A stretch of 64,000 nucleotides of DNA. It comes from Clostridiales bacterium. Lineage in GTDB: Bacteria > Bacillota > Clostridia > Saccharofermentanales > Saccharofermentanaceae. The position numbers were made by a program, and so were the translations under genes. A model generated the notes under the pieces. It had not been told where the DNA came from and ran no database searches. It was given only the letters and a program-made list of their open reading frames with translations. Positions 10,148 through 19,455 of the stretch are shown here, piece after piece. Position 1 is the stretch's first letter; the number at the start of each line of letters is the position of its first letter. The stretch spans positions 323,995 to 387,994 of the forward strand of contig JAFWDK010000010.1 of the NCBI GenBank assembly GCA_017513085.1, written 5' to 3'.

Positions 10148-13100
10148 TCAGATCGTTCCCTGATCAATACCATACTTCTTACAGATGTTCGTGAACTCAG
10201 GTGTCTGAGAGAATGCCTTAAGCACTTCATAACGGCTTGTACCACTCTTCAACAAACCAACCCAATATTTGAATCCGGAAGCTTCAGGATCACGATCCAT
10301 GAATGTCTTATAGAGTCTCGTTACATACTCTTCATCAGATGTACCGAGGTTCTTAAACTCTGTGGAATCGAAGAACTGCTTAGCAGCGGAAGAACCTGTC
10401 TGCTCAAGATTTGTCAGAGCGAGAGACCAGTACTTCAATCCGCCTGCTTCAGGATCTCTGCCGAGGCAGCAAGTATAAAGTCTGGTTGCAAAGTTTGTCG
10501 CATTCTTAGAAGCGATCTCGGACTTAGCATTCGGAGCACCGGACTTAACACCGTAACCTGCGCAGATATTACACCACTCAGTAGAATCGATGAAGTTCAA
10601 GATAACGTCAAGACGTGTAGCTGTCTTATTCTGCAGTCTGCCGATCCAGTATCTCTTTCCGCCAGCCTCAGAAGGACGGCCGAAGAATGTCTGGTACAAA
10701 GTTTCAACAAATGCATCATCAGAAAGACCACGGTTCTGGAACTCAGGAGTATCAACAAGGAATCCTCTTGCGCAATCCGCACCAGTCTTATTACCATTAG
10801 TTACTTCACGAACCCAGTATGCCTTACCGTTCGGATCAGACTGACGGTTGAGAGCTACTGTGTAGAGACGCTCAACGAAGTCAGCGATTGTTCCATCAGC
10901 CGGAATAGGTGTAACCTTACCCGGAGCAGGTGTAACTGTAACAGTCGGCTTAGCTGTAATTGTTGGAGCATTACCATATGCTTCAGAACCCTTACAACCG
11001 GCAAATGCCTGCGAACCAACAGATGCAGCTGCCGGATAGAGGACGTATGCATTGCTGCAGTTCATGAAAGCCTGAGCACCGATAGAAAGAACAGACTTTG
11101 GAACAACTACATCCTGGATATAGATGTTACCCTTGAATGCGCCATTGCCAATAGCAATTACCTTCTTACCTTCAAGAGATTCAGGAATATTCACAGTTTT
11201 GCTGTAACCGTAGAATTTTACGATTTCAACAGCATTTGCAACAGCTTCGGAATCTTTGATATTGTAGACGGTCTGGCATCCTTCAAATGCATTGTCAGCA
11301 ATACTTGTTGTAGAGGCAATTCTTACTGTAAGAAGATTGATGCAATCCTGGAAAGCACCATTGCCGATAGACTTAACAGAACTCGGAACATGAACGGATC
11401 TTACATTCTTGCTACGGTAAGTCTCATCATCGATCTTAACTACAGGCATATTAAAGATCTTCTCAGGAACATCAACTTCAGTATATGTTCCAAGATAAGA
11501 AATGATAGTTACCTGATTGTTGTTTACTTTTACGCGATGCAAAGATCTGTTGCCTTCAAAAGCTTCAGAACTGATTGCTAAAAGACTGTCAGGAAGCTCT
11601 ACAGCAATAAGATTGCAGGAAGAGAAACAGCCTCTGCCAAGAGCAGTAACAGAACTTGGGATCTTAACATACTGCAGATTCTCACAGCCACCGAAGCAAC
11701 CATCCGGAATCTGAGTAATAGTATCAGGAATAATAACATATTCCAAAGCTTTACATACACGGAAGGCATTTCTTCCTAATGTATCAAAACCTGTCGGGAA
11801 ATCAAGATTTTCAAGACTTACGCACTTTTCGAATGCTGCCTGGCCAACGGCAGTAACTTTATTCAGGTTAAGGCTCTTCAACAAAGAGCACTCTGCGAAA
11901 CATCTATCCGGAATAGCTGTAACACCGGAAGGAAAGCTTACGCTCTTAATCTCTTTACAACCGGAAAAAGCTTCGTCGCCAAGAAGTTCAAGGTTCTTGC
12001 TCAGGCTCAGAACACCATTCTGATGACAAAGAGCTGCGCAACCATAGAAAGCCTGCTTACGGATCGCTGTGATCTGGTTGCCCATTGTGACGGACTCGAG
12101 AGAGATACAATTATAGAAGCACTGAGCCGGAATAATAGTAACTTCTTCAGGAATAGCAATACTCTTGATTGAAGCACAACCGTAGAATGTTTCTTCGTAA
12201 ATCTCATCAATTCCATCCGGAATCGAGAAAGCCTTCAAAGCTGTACAATTCTTGAAAGCACCCTTACCGATCTTCTCAAGGCACTCAGGAGCAATAATGG
12301 ATGTTGCACGAGAGCAAGCCGAGAAAGCATAGTCACCGATAACAGTAACAGTATCAGGGAGCTTACCACCACTGATGACAAGTTTTGCACACAGTGCGAA
12401 AGCGTAGTTACCGATCTTATCCAGTGCATTCTCATTAGTAGAAGAGAAATACAAAGTCTGGATGTTCTTACAACCATAGAATGTATATTCACCAATCGTA
12501 GGAACGTCAGGGATCAGGAACTCAGTGAATGATTCACAACCATAGAAAGCGGAAGGTCCGATACTAACTACTTTCTTTAAGATGTTATTCTTTTTGGATG
12601 CGATATCAGAAAGCAGTTTACAATTCTTGAAGCAAGAATCACCAATACCAGTAAGAGAGTTTGCATCAATTGAAAGAGTTGTAAGTGTTTCGCAGTTGAG
12701 GAAGCACTCTTTATCAAATGTACGCAAAGACTTTGTTTTTACAGTAAAAGTAGTCAATTCTTTACATTCAGCAAAAGCATTCTTGTAAATAATGAAAAGC
12801 TTCTCGCAAGTGGACGGAATAGTGAAAGTCTTAAGTTTTGTAGCACGGAATGCCTGAGCACCGATGCCCTCAAGTATACTTCCCTCGCTCAGTGTAACAG
12901 AAGAAAGCTGAGAACACTCATTAAACGCGTCATCGCCGATAGCAAATACATCATTCGGAATTTTAACGCTTGTAAGAGCCGAACAACTCTTGAAAGCACC
13001 ACTATCAATAACTTCCAGTCCGGATGGGAATCTTACGCTTTCAAGCAAAATATTGTTTTCGAAAGCTGCTCTGTCAATCTGTGTAACAGAATCCGGAAGA

Positions 13101-13792
13101 GAAATCGATGTCAATCGTCTACAGTTCTTGCAGAAACCATCAGGAATAACATTGAAAGATTCTGAATATTTCGGGAATCTGATTTCCTGCAAAGAGATAC
13201 AGTTAGCAAAGGCTTGAGTTCCTTCAACAGGATCAGATTGTCCAACTCTATGAAGCGGACGGCCGGTATCAGGATTGGTAGCCAAAACAGTCTCAAGATC
13301 TGTATTACTCAGGTCAACGATTTTCAACAGTTCACAGCTCTTAAATGCTTCAGCGCCGATAGTTTTCAATGTTGACGGGAAAGAAACAGTTGTAAGACCT
13401 TTACACTCATAAAAAGCACCGTTCGAAATGAAACGAACGCCTTCAGGAATAGCAACTTCAGTAATTGGAGCGCCATAACATGCAGAAGGCGCAATACCGC
13501 TGATCGTTACAACCTCACCGGTTTGAGTTACGGTATATTCCTTCGGAATACCTAACCTATCAGAATTATAATGACCACTGGAGTAGCCATAGAACTGATA
13601 CTCACCATTTGCATAAAGAAGTTTATAATCTTCTTCTTCATTAGTGAGAGAGTTGACACCTGTAGCAAGAACGATTTCGCCACTAACAGCGGAAACTTTC
13701 TTTGCGGCAGATAACAGAGAGAAACCGACCGTTCCGACAAGAACAGCCGATACAACTAAGGTCGATGCCCTTAGTAATTTCTTTGCGAACAT
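10148..13792 (-). CDS. BspA-like leucine-rich-repeat (LRR_5) surface protein with C-terminal DUF4214-like repeats
   Basis: N-terminal signal peptide; many IPxxVxxIxxxAFxxCxxL repeats; P/T linker; four (F/Y)xxxLYxxxxxRxxxxxGxxYW repeats at the C-terminus. Confidence 0.9.
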   Translation of the reverse strand: MFAKKLLRASTLVVSAVLVGTVGFSLLSAAKKVSAVSGEIVLATGVNSLTNEEEDYKLLYANGEYQFYGYSSGHYNSDRLGIPKEYTVTQTGEVVTISGIAPSACYGAPITEVAIPEGVRFISNGAFYECKGLTTVSFPSTLKTIGAEAFKSCELLKIVDLSNTDLETVLATNPDTGRPLHRVGQSDPVEGTQAFANCISLQEIRFPKYSESFNVIPDGFCKNCRRLTSISLPDSVTQIDRAAFENNILLESVRFPSGLEVIDSGAFKSCSALTSVKIPNDVFAIGDDAFNECSQLSSVTLSEGSILEGIGAQAFRATKLKTFTIPSTCEKLFIIYKNAFAECKELTTFTVKTKSLRTFDKECFLNCETLTTLSIDANSLTGIGDSCFKNCKLLSDIASKKNNILKKVVSIGPSAFYGCESFTEFLIPDVPTIGEYTFYGCKNIQTLYFSSTNENALDKIGNYAFALCAKLVISGGKLPDTVTVIGDYAFSACSRATSIIAPECLEKIGKGAFKNCTALKAFSIPDGIDEIYEETFYGCASIKSIAIPEEVTIIPAQCFYNCISLESVTMGNQITAIRKQAFYGCAALCHQNGVLSLSKNLELLGDEAFSGCKEIKSVSFPSGVTAIPDRCFAECSLLKSLNLNKVTAVGQAAFEKCVSLENLDFPTGFDTLGRNAFRVCKALEYVIIPDTITQIPDGCFGGCENLQYVKIPSSVTALGRGCFSSCNLIAVELPDSLLAISSEAFEGNRSLHRVKVNNNQVTIISYLGTYTEVDVPEKIFNMPVVKIDDETYRSKNVRSVHVPSSVKSIGNGAFQDCINLLTVRIASTTSIADNAFEGCQTVYNIKDSEAVANAVEIVKFYGYSKTVNIPESLEGKKVIAIGNGAFKGNIYIQDVVVPKSVLSIGAQAFMNCSNAYVLYPAAASVGSQAFAGCKGSEAYGNAPTITAKPTVTVTPAPGKVTPIPADGTIADFVERLYTVALNRQSDPNGKAYWVREVTNGNKTGADCARGFLVDTPEFQNRGLSDDAFVETLYQTFFGRPSEAGGKRYWIGRLQNKTATRLDVILNFIDSTEWCNICAGYGVKSGAPNAKSEIASKNATNFATRLYTCCLGRDPEAGGLKYWSLALTNLEQTGSSAAKQFFDSTEFKNLGTSDEEYVTRLYKTFMDRDPEASGFKYWVGLLKSGTSRYEVLKAFSQTPEFTNICKKYGIDQGTI

Positions 13793-13846
13793 AAGTTAAC
13801 CTCCTTCACATGCCAATAATATCGCAACCTATAAAAATTTGTTAAT

Positions 13847-13876
13847 ATTGTAGCACTTATATATACAGGACGTCAA
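13847..13876 (-). promoter_or_regulatory. sigma-A promoter of the LRR surface-protein gene
   Basis: TTGACG-N18-TACAAT with extended -10 TG. Confidence 0.55.
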
Positions 13877-13986
13877 ACTATTTATTTGCAAGAAATGCCC
13901 ATATTTTAGTAATTTGAGTATTATTAAAACCGTTTTAACTTTAGTCGATCAACGAATACTTTATAGCTTAATCCTCAATATGAAAC

Positions 13987-15210
13987 TCACACCTTTGATA
14001 CACGTTCGATTTTATATGTCTCGATACCTTCAACGCCTCTTCTGACCAACTCAGGAATATCAAGTTTCTCTTCCGCTTCAACGATATGCTTCTTCTGAGG
14101 ATGAGTCTTAGGATGTTTGGCCACGAAAACCGTACAACAGTCCTCATAAGGCAATATAGATGTCTCAAAAGCACCGATCCGTCGGGAAATATTACAGGTT
14201 TCTTCTTTATCGAGTCCGATCAGCGGTCTGAATACCGGCATCGTCTTAACCACCTCGTTCGTGATCTGGATCGCTTCGATCGTCTGGCTAGCAACCTGAC
14301 CAAGAGATTCACCGGTGATCAGACACTTACATCCTTGCTTATTTGCAAGTTCTTCCGCTATTTCGAACATGATCCGTCGCATCGTGATCGTCAGCATATC
14401 CTGCGGACTGTTTTTATACAGTTCCAATTGAATATCCGTAAAATTGCAAACATGAAGAAGGATCGTTCCGGAATACTGGGAAACGATACGAGCAAGGTCC
14501 TTAACCTTTTCCAGCGCACGTTCACTTGTATACGGATAAGAATGGAAATAGATCGCCTCCAGCTGCATACCGCGTGAAGCCATCATATAGCCGGCAACAG
14601 GACTGTCTATACCGCCGGAAAGAAGCAGCATTCCCTTCCCTGCAGTGCCGACAGGAAGACCGCGATGTCCTTCCAGTTTCTCACTATATACAAAACGGTC
14701 TTCTCTCACTTCAACATAGATCGTAAAGTCAGGTTCATGCACATCAACGGTCAGCTCGGGATGCGCAATTAAAACAGCTTCCCCGACATCGCAGCAGATC
14801 TCCGGCGAAGCAAGCGGAAAACGCTTATCTCCACGTTTTGACTCGACCTTGAATGTCTTATAGTCATGTTCGGAAAGGATCTCGTCGGTCAATTTAACCG
14901 CGTGTTCTTTGATGGATTCCATATCTCCGCTGAATTTCCATACCAGGCTGGCCGATACAAGACCGAAAACCTGAGTTACGGCACGAAGAACATTGGATGC
15001 AGTTTCCTTATCCTCAAGAAGATCCGGATTACTATCCTTCGGTTCGATCCAGATACGGGACTGGCTTTGTACGATCGAAAAAGCACCATACTCTTTAAGT
15101 CTCCATCTGAGATTATCGATCAGTTGTCTTTCAAACTTTCCTCGATTTAAACCTTTAAGAGCAATTTCACCCATTCTGGCCAAAATGATCGTACGATAGG
15201 TCTTAGTCAT
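13987..15210 (-). CDS. thiI: tRNA 4-thiouridine synthase ThiI (no rhodanese domain)
   Basis: GEIALKGLNR, THUMP domain, PP-loop LLSGGIDSPVA, TGESLGQVASQT, EDCC; start at ATG 15210 with SD AAGGAG. Confidence 0.96.
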   Translation of the reverse strand: MTKTYRTIILARMGEIALKGLNRGKFERQLIDNLRWRLKEYGAFSIVQSQSRIWIEPKDSNPDLLEDKETASNVLRAVTQVFGLVSASLVWKFSGDMESIKEHAVKLTDEILSEHDYKTFKVESKRGDKRFPLASPEICCDVGEAVLIAHPELTVDVHEPDFTIYVEVREDRFVYSEKLEGHRGLPVGTAGKGMLLLSGGIDSPVAGYMMASRGMQLEAIYFHSYPYTSERALEKVKDLARIVSQYSGTILLHVCNFTDIQLELYKNSPQDMLTITMRRIMFEIAEELANKQGCKCLITGESLGQVASQTIEAIQITNEVVKTMPVFRPLIGLDKEETCNISRRIGAFETSILPYEDCCTVFVAKHPKTHPQKKHIVEAEEKLDIPELVRRGVEGIETYKIERVSKV

Positions 15211-15272
15211 TTTCTTATCTCCTTGATATGTGATCAATTATCAGTCTGATTCATGTTTTATCCGAAAAGCGC

Positions 15273-16412
15273 TCAGACCTTGTACTTTTCGTAAATCTCC
15301 TTGATTGCATCTATGGTCATTTTCAACTCTTCTGCCGTTGTAAACCTTGAAAAACTGAAACGGACAGCATTTGCGGCGATTTCTCTTCTGATTCCCATTT
15401 CGGTCAACACATAGCTTACCTTCTTCGATTTCGAAGAACAAGCGGAAACCGTCGAAACAAAGATATCCTTTTCTTCCAAGCAATGCAACATCGTCTCGGA
15501 CTGAAAAGACGGAAAGGCAACATTTAAGACATAAGGCAAAGATCCTTCCGGAGACAGGATCTGTATCCCTAGATCCTGAAGCTGACTGGCAAAATCATCA
15601 CGGATCATCTGCATTTTTGAAAGATTATCATCAATGCTCTCCGTTGCTTTTTCCAAAGCTAATGCAAAAGCACTTGCCAGATATGCGCTCTGCGTCCCGG
15701 AACGCATACCTCGCTGCTGTCCTCCTCCAAGTATCAGTGGAGCAACGCGGACACCGGATTTAATGTACAGTAATCCGAATCCTTTTAACGCATGGATCTT
15801 ATGCCCCGAAAAAGACGCCATATCCACACCCATGCGTGAGAGCGCAATAGGCAGTTTTCCTAAAGACTGCACACAATCCAAATGTATCTTGGTATTGCGG
15901 TTCTTTTTGTTTCGAATCTCAATGATCTCAGCAAGCGGCAGGATCGCGCCGGTCTCGTTGTTCACATGGGTAAATGTCAAAAGAGCAGTATTCTCATTAA
16001 TTTCCCGGGAGAGTCTGTTAAGATCAGGCTTTCCGGAAGCATCGACAGGAATATAACATATCTCGTATCCCTCTTTGGCAAGTTTTTCCAAAGATTCGAG
16101 AGATGCTTTATGCTCTGTCTTCGTGGAAATGATCTTCTTCCCGGCTCTCGGATTCTGATGAACATATCCCAAAATGGAAGTATTTACCGACTCCGAACCG
16201 CACGAAGTAAAATAGATCTCCTCTTTCTTACAAGATAGAATACGCGAGATATTCTCGGAACTCTCATTCAGATCTTTTTCGGCCAGCACACCAAGACGAT
16301 GAAGAGATCCCGGGTTTCCGAAAGTCTCTTCCCCGCTTAAAGATTCATAAACCAAACGAGCCACTTCAGGAAGTGGCTTCGTGGTTGCACTATTATCTAA
16401 ATAAATGCTCAT
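15273..16412 (-). CDS. Cysteine desulfurase, probably the ThiI-dedicated (NifZ-like) enzyme
   Basis: YLDNSATT, SGHKIHALKG, RSGT, STVSACSS; adjacent to thiI as with B. subtilis nifZ-thiI. Confidence 0.9.
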   Translation of the reverse strand: MSIYLDNSATTKPLPEVARLVYESLSGEETFGNPGSLHRLGVLAEKDLNESSENISRILSCKKEEIYFTSCGSESVNTSILGYVHQNPRAGKKIISTKTEHKASLESLEKLAKEGYEICYIPVDASGKPDLNRLSREINENTALLTFTHVNNETGAILPLAEIIEIRNKKNRNTKIHLDCVQSLGKLPIALSRMGVDMASFSGHKIHALKGFGLLYIKSGVRVAPLILGGGQQRGMRSGTQSAYLASAFALALEKATESIDDNLSKMQMIRDDFASQLQDLGIQILSPEGSLPYVLNVAFPSFQSETMLHCLEEKDIFVSTVSACSSKSKKVSYVLTEMGIRREIAANAVRFSFSRFTTAEELKMTIDAIKEIYEKYKV

Positions 16413-16462
16413 ATTTTCTTTCCGTTTCAAAAGCACTATCCGTGCATCGTATTTTTCCGAAC

Positions 16463-17896
16463 TTATACTGTAAGTTCCGGTTCATCGATATCCAACTCGG
16501 ATGCATAAAGCTTCAGGACCGGTTCCACATCGTTTTTAAGGAAAGATGTGACCTGCTCCGGGCAACGACCGATATAGAGCTTCGGATCAAGAAGCGTATC
16601 AAGGGAATCCTTATCAAGACCAAATGCAGGATCCTCAGCGATACGTGACAGAAGATCATTCGGCTTACCCTCTTCTTTTACAACCTTACCGGCTGCCATA
16701 GAGTGTACGCGGATCTTCTCATGCAGATCCTGACGATCACCGCCACGCTTTACAGCCTCCATCATGATATTCTCGGTTGCCATAAAAGGAAGCTCATCCA
16801 TAATGTGCTTATGGATCATCTTCGGATAAACGACAAGGCCGAAAACAACATTCTGATAAATACTCAGGATCGCATCAACTGCTAGGAAAGCTTCCGGAAC
16901 ACTGATACGCTTGTTTGCCGAGTCATCAAGAGTTCTCTCGAACCACTGTTCAGAAGCTGTCATAGCCGGATTCAAAGCATTCGCGATCACGTAACGGGAC
17001 AAGGAGCAGATACGCTCGGAGCGCATCGGGTTACGCTTGTAAGCCATAGCGGAAGAACCGATCTGTGTTTTCTCGAAAGGCTCCTCGATTTCCTTAAGGT
17101 GCTGCAGCAGACGGATGTCGTTGCTGAACTTATGTGCAGAAGTTGCAATGCCGGAAAGTGTATTCAATACCTTGGCATCCAGTTTTCTGGTATAGGTCTG
17201 ACCGCTGACGGAGATGGAAGCTTCAAAGCCCATCTTCTCAGCAATCATCTTGTCCAGTTTTTCAACCTTATCATGATCGCCCTGGAAAAGATCCAGGAAA
17301 CTGGCCTGTGTACCTGTTGTACCCTTACAGCCCAATGGTTTCAGACAAGACAAAGTATAATCGAGTTCGTCCAGGTCAATAAGAAGATCCTGAAGCCACA
17401 AAGTTGCACGCTTGCCTACGGTTACAAGCTGGGCAGGCTGAAAATGCGTAAAACCAAGCGTCGGCATAGCTTTATACTCATCTGCGAACTTGGCAAGTTT
17501 CTCGATCACGACAAGAAGTCTCTTTCTCGTCAAAATCAATGCCTCACGCATAAGAAGAATATCGGTATTATCTCCAACATAACAGGAAGTTGCACCAAGA
17601 TGGATGATACCTTTGGCTTTCGGGCACTGCTCACCATACGCATGTACATGCGCCATAACGTCATGGCGGACAAGTTTTTCTTCTCTGGCCGCTACATCAT
17701 AATTGATATCATCCTTGCTGGCTTCAAGCTCGGCAATCTGTTCATCCGTGATGTTCAAACCAAGTTCTTTTTCACAAGAAGCAAGATAGATCCAGAGCTG
17801 TCTCCATGTTTTGAACTTGTGATCAGGCGAAAAGATCGCCTTCATTTCCTTACTGGAATAACGGGAATTCAGTGGACTCTCGTAGATATCTTTCAT
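16463..17896 (-). CDS. purB: Adenylosuccinate lyase
   Basis: RHDVMAH, IHLGATS, FTHFQPAQ, GSSAMAYKRNP signature, ERTLDDSA. Confidence 0.97.
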   Translation of the reverse strand: MKDIYESPLNSRYSSKEMKAIFSPDHKFKTWRQLWIYLASCEKELGLNITDEQIAELEASKDDINYDVAAREEKLVRHDVMAHVHAYGEQCPKAKGIIHLGATSCYVGDNTDILLMREALILTRKRLLVVIEKLAKFADEYKAMPTLGFTHFQPAQLVTVGKRATLWLQDLLIDLDELDYTLSCLKPLGCKGTTGTQASFLDLFQGDHDKVEKLDKMIAEKMGFEASISVSGQTYTRKLDAKVLNTLSGIATSAHKFSNDIRLLQHLKEIEEPFEKTQIGSSAMAYKRNPMRSERICSLSRYVIANALNPAMTASEQWFERTLDDSANKRISVPEAFLAVDAILSIYQNVVFGLVVYPKMIHKHIMDELPFMATENIMMEAVKRGGDRQDLHEKIRVHSMAAGKVVKEEGKPNDLLSRIAEDPAFGLDKDSLDTLLDPKLYIGRCPEQVTSFLKNDVEPVLKLYASELDIDEPELTV

Positions 17897-17900
17897 GACA

Positions 17901-19190
17901 TTACTCCTCCAAAAGTTTTCTTACAGCAGATAGTTTAGCACAAACCGACAAAACTGTAACGGCTACTTCAATATCTTTGACATTCGGGAAACTCGGAGCA
18001 ATACGGATATTGCTGTCTTGAGGATCGTTACCGTAGGGGTAGGTCGCACCTGCAGGTGTCAGAGCTACGCCACACTCTTTTGCCAGACGTACCGTCTCCT
18101 TTGCTGTTCCATTGAGAACAAAGAGAGAAACGAAATAACCGCCGAGAGGATTATTCCAGTGGGCGACACCCGATCCTTCGAACTCATCCTTCAGGATCTT
18201 CAGAACCATTTCAAACTTCGGACGGAGGAGTTCCGCCTGCTTGGACATGATCTTCTTGACCGCCTCAAGGTTCGGTACATATTTAGCGTGCATGAGCTGG
18301 ATGATCTTGTTCGGTCCGATGGACTGCACACCAAGATACTTTCTTGCACGAGTGGTGTTCTCATCGTTTGCCGCCATGCAGGCAATACCGGCACCGGCAA
18401 AGGTAATCTTACTTGTAGAAGCGAACTCGTATACGCGGTTCGGATTACCGGCCTCACGGGCAAGCTTCAGGATATCCGGCAGAGTTCCCTGCTTATTAAC
18501 ATCATCATAGAGGTGATGAACAACATATGCGTTATCCCACATAATACGGAAATCCGGAGCCGCGGTCTTCATGGAAACCAGACGCTTGCAAACTTCTTCA
18601 GAATAAATGTATCCATCCGGATTGCTGTAGAGCGGCATCGCCCACATACCCAGGATCGACGGATCTTCAGAAACCAGCTTTTCCACCATGTCCATATCCG
18701 GACCGTCTTCATTGAGCGGAACAGCGATCAGTTCAAAACCCAAAGTCTGTGTAACAAGGAAATGACGGTCATAACCCGGAACCGGGCAGATCCACTTACG
18801 GTTCGGGATCTGGGACCACGGCTTTTCCGACTCGATCTCACCAAAGATCAAGGAACGGGAAAGTGTATCATACATCAGCTGCAGGCTGGAGTTATTACCA
18901 ACTGTAACGAGGGACGGATCCACACCCAGGATCTCACCAAAAAGATTTCTGGACTCCTTCAGGCCGAACGGCACACCGTAGTTACGGCAGTCCGAACCAT
19001 CTTCTGCCTTCAAATTATTTGCATCAAGAAGTCCGGGCATTTCATTTGCAATGCTCAACTGATCCGGGCTCGGCTTACCACGCGTCATATCCAAAGCCAG
19101 ATTACGGGATTTCAGATCGTTGTAACGGATCTCCAAAATCTTGAGTGTTTCCTGTAGTTCCGCCTTGCTCAGTTCAAGATAAGTCTTCAT
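17901..19190 (-). CDS. PLP-dependent class I/II aminotransferase (aspartate aminotransferase-like)
   Basis: LDMTRGKP, PGYDRHF, YSNPDG, WDNAY, ASTSKITF (PLP lysine), IRIAPS; start after SD GGAGG. Confidence 0.88.
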   Translation of the reverse strand: MKTYLELSKAELQETLKILEIRYNDLKSRNLALDMTRGKPSPDQLSIANEMPGLLDANNLKAEDGSDCRNYGVPFGLKESRNLFGEILGVDPSLVTVGNNSSLQLMYDTLSRSLIFGEIESEKPWSQIPNRKWICPVPGYDRHFLVTQTLGFELIAVPLNEDGPDMDMVEKLVSEDPSILGMWAMPLYSNPDGYIYSEEVCKRLVSMKTAAPDFRIMWDNAYVVHHLYDDVNKQGTLPDILKLAREAGNPNRVYEFASTSKITFAGAGIACMAANDENTTRARKYLGVQSIGPNKIIQLMHAKYVPNLEAVKKIMSKQAELLRPKFEMVLKILKDEFEGSGVAHWNNPLGGYFVSLFVLNGTAKETVRLAKECGVALTPAGATYPYGNDPQDSNIRIAPSFPNVKDIEVAVTVLSVCAKLSAVRKLLEE

Positions 19191-19455
19191 TGACATCACC
19201 CTCCAGTTGATTTGTTGTTTTTCTTCGTCCAAAGCACTCAAAAAGCAACTTTGTTTGTGTCCACTTGCATTTTCTATCCTAATTATGGAAATTAAACCTT
19301 TCCTATTATGGTATAACTGAAAGATTTTGACAAGCAACTTGCAGATGTTTTACACGATTTCGATAAAATGTCCAAAAGAAGTGCTTTTACCTGGCGCTTC
19401 GAGGGCAAATTGGCAATACCAATGACGGAAATGATAATCGGAAACTGCAAAAATG

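Noticed and set aside
10148-13990. LRR gene as a diversity-generating retroelement target or phase-variable locus
   Set aside because: No reverse transcriptase, template repeat, invertase or simple-sequence tract seen in the window; the repeats are degenerate at the DNA level.
8538-19157. Long plus-strand ORFs 8538-9509, 17099-17938 and 18018-19157
   Set aside because: Each lies antisense to a clearly identified gene (glyA/rarA, purB, aminotransferase).
19197-19455. Riboswitch or T-box in the aminotransferase-purB leader
   Set aside because: A promoter (TTGTCA-N17-CATAAT) and a leader of about 100 nt are visible, but no T-box, purine or ZTP riboswitch consensus and no terminator hairpin.
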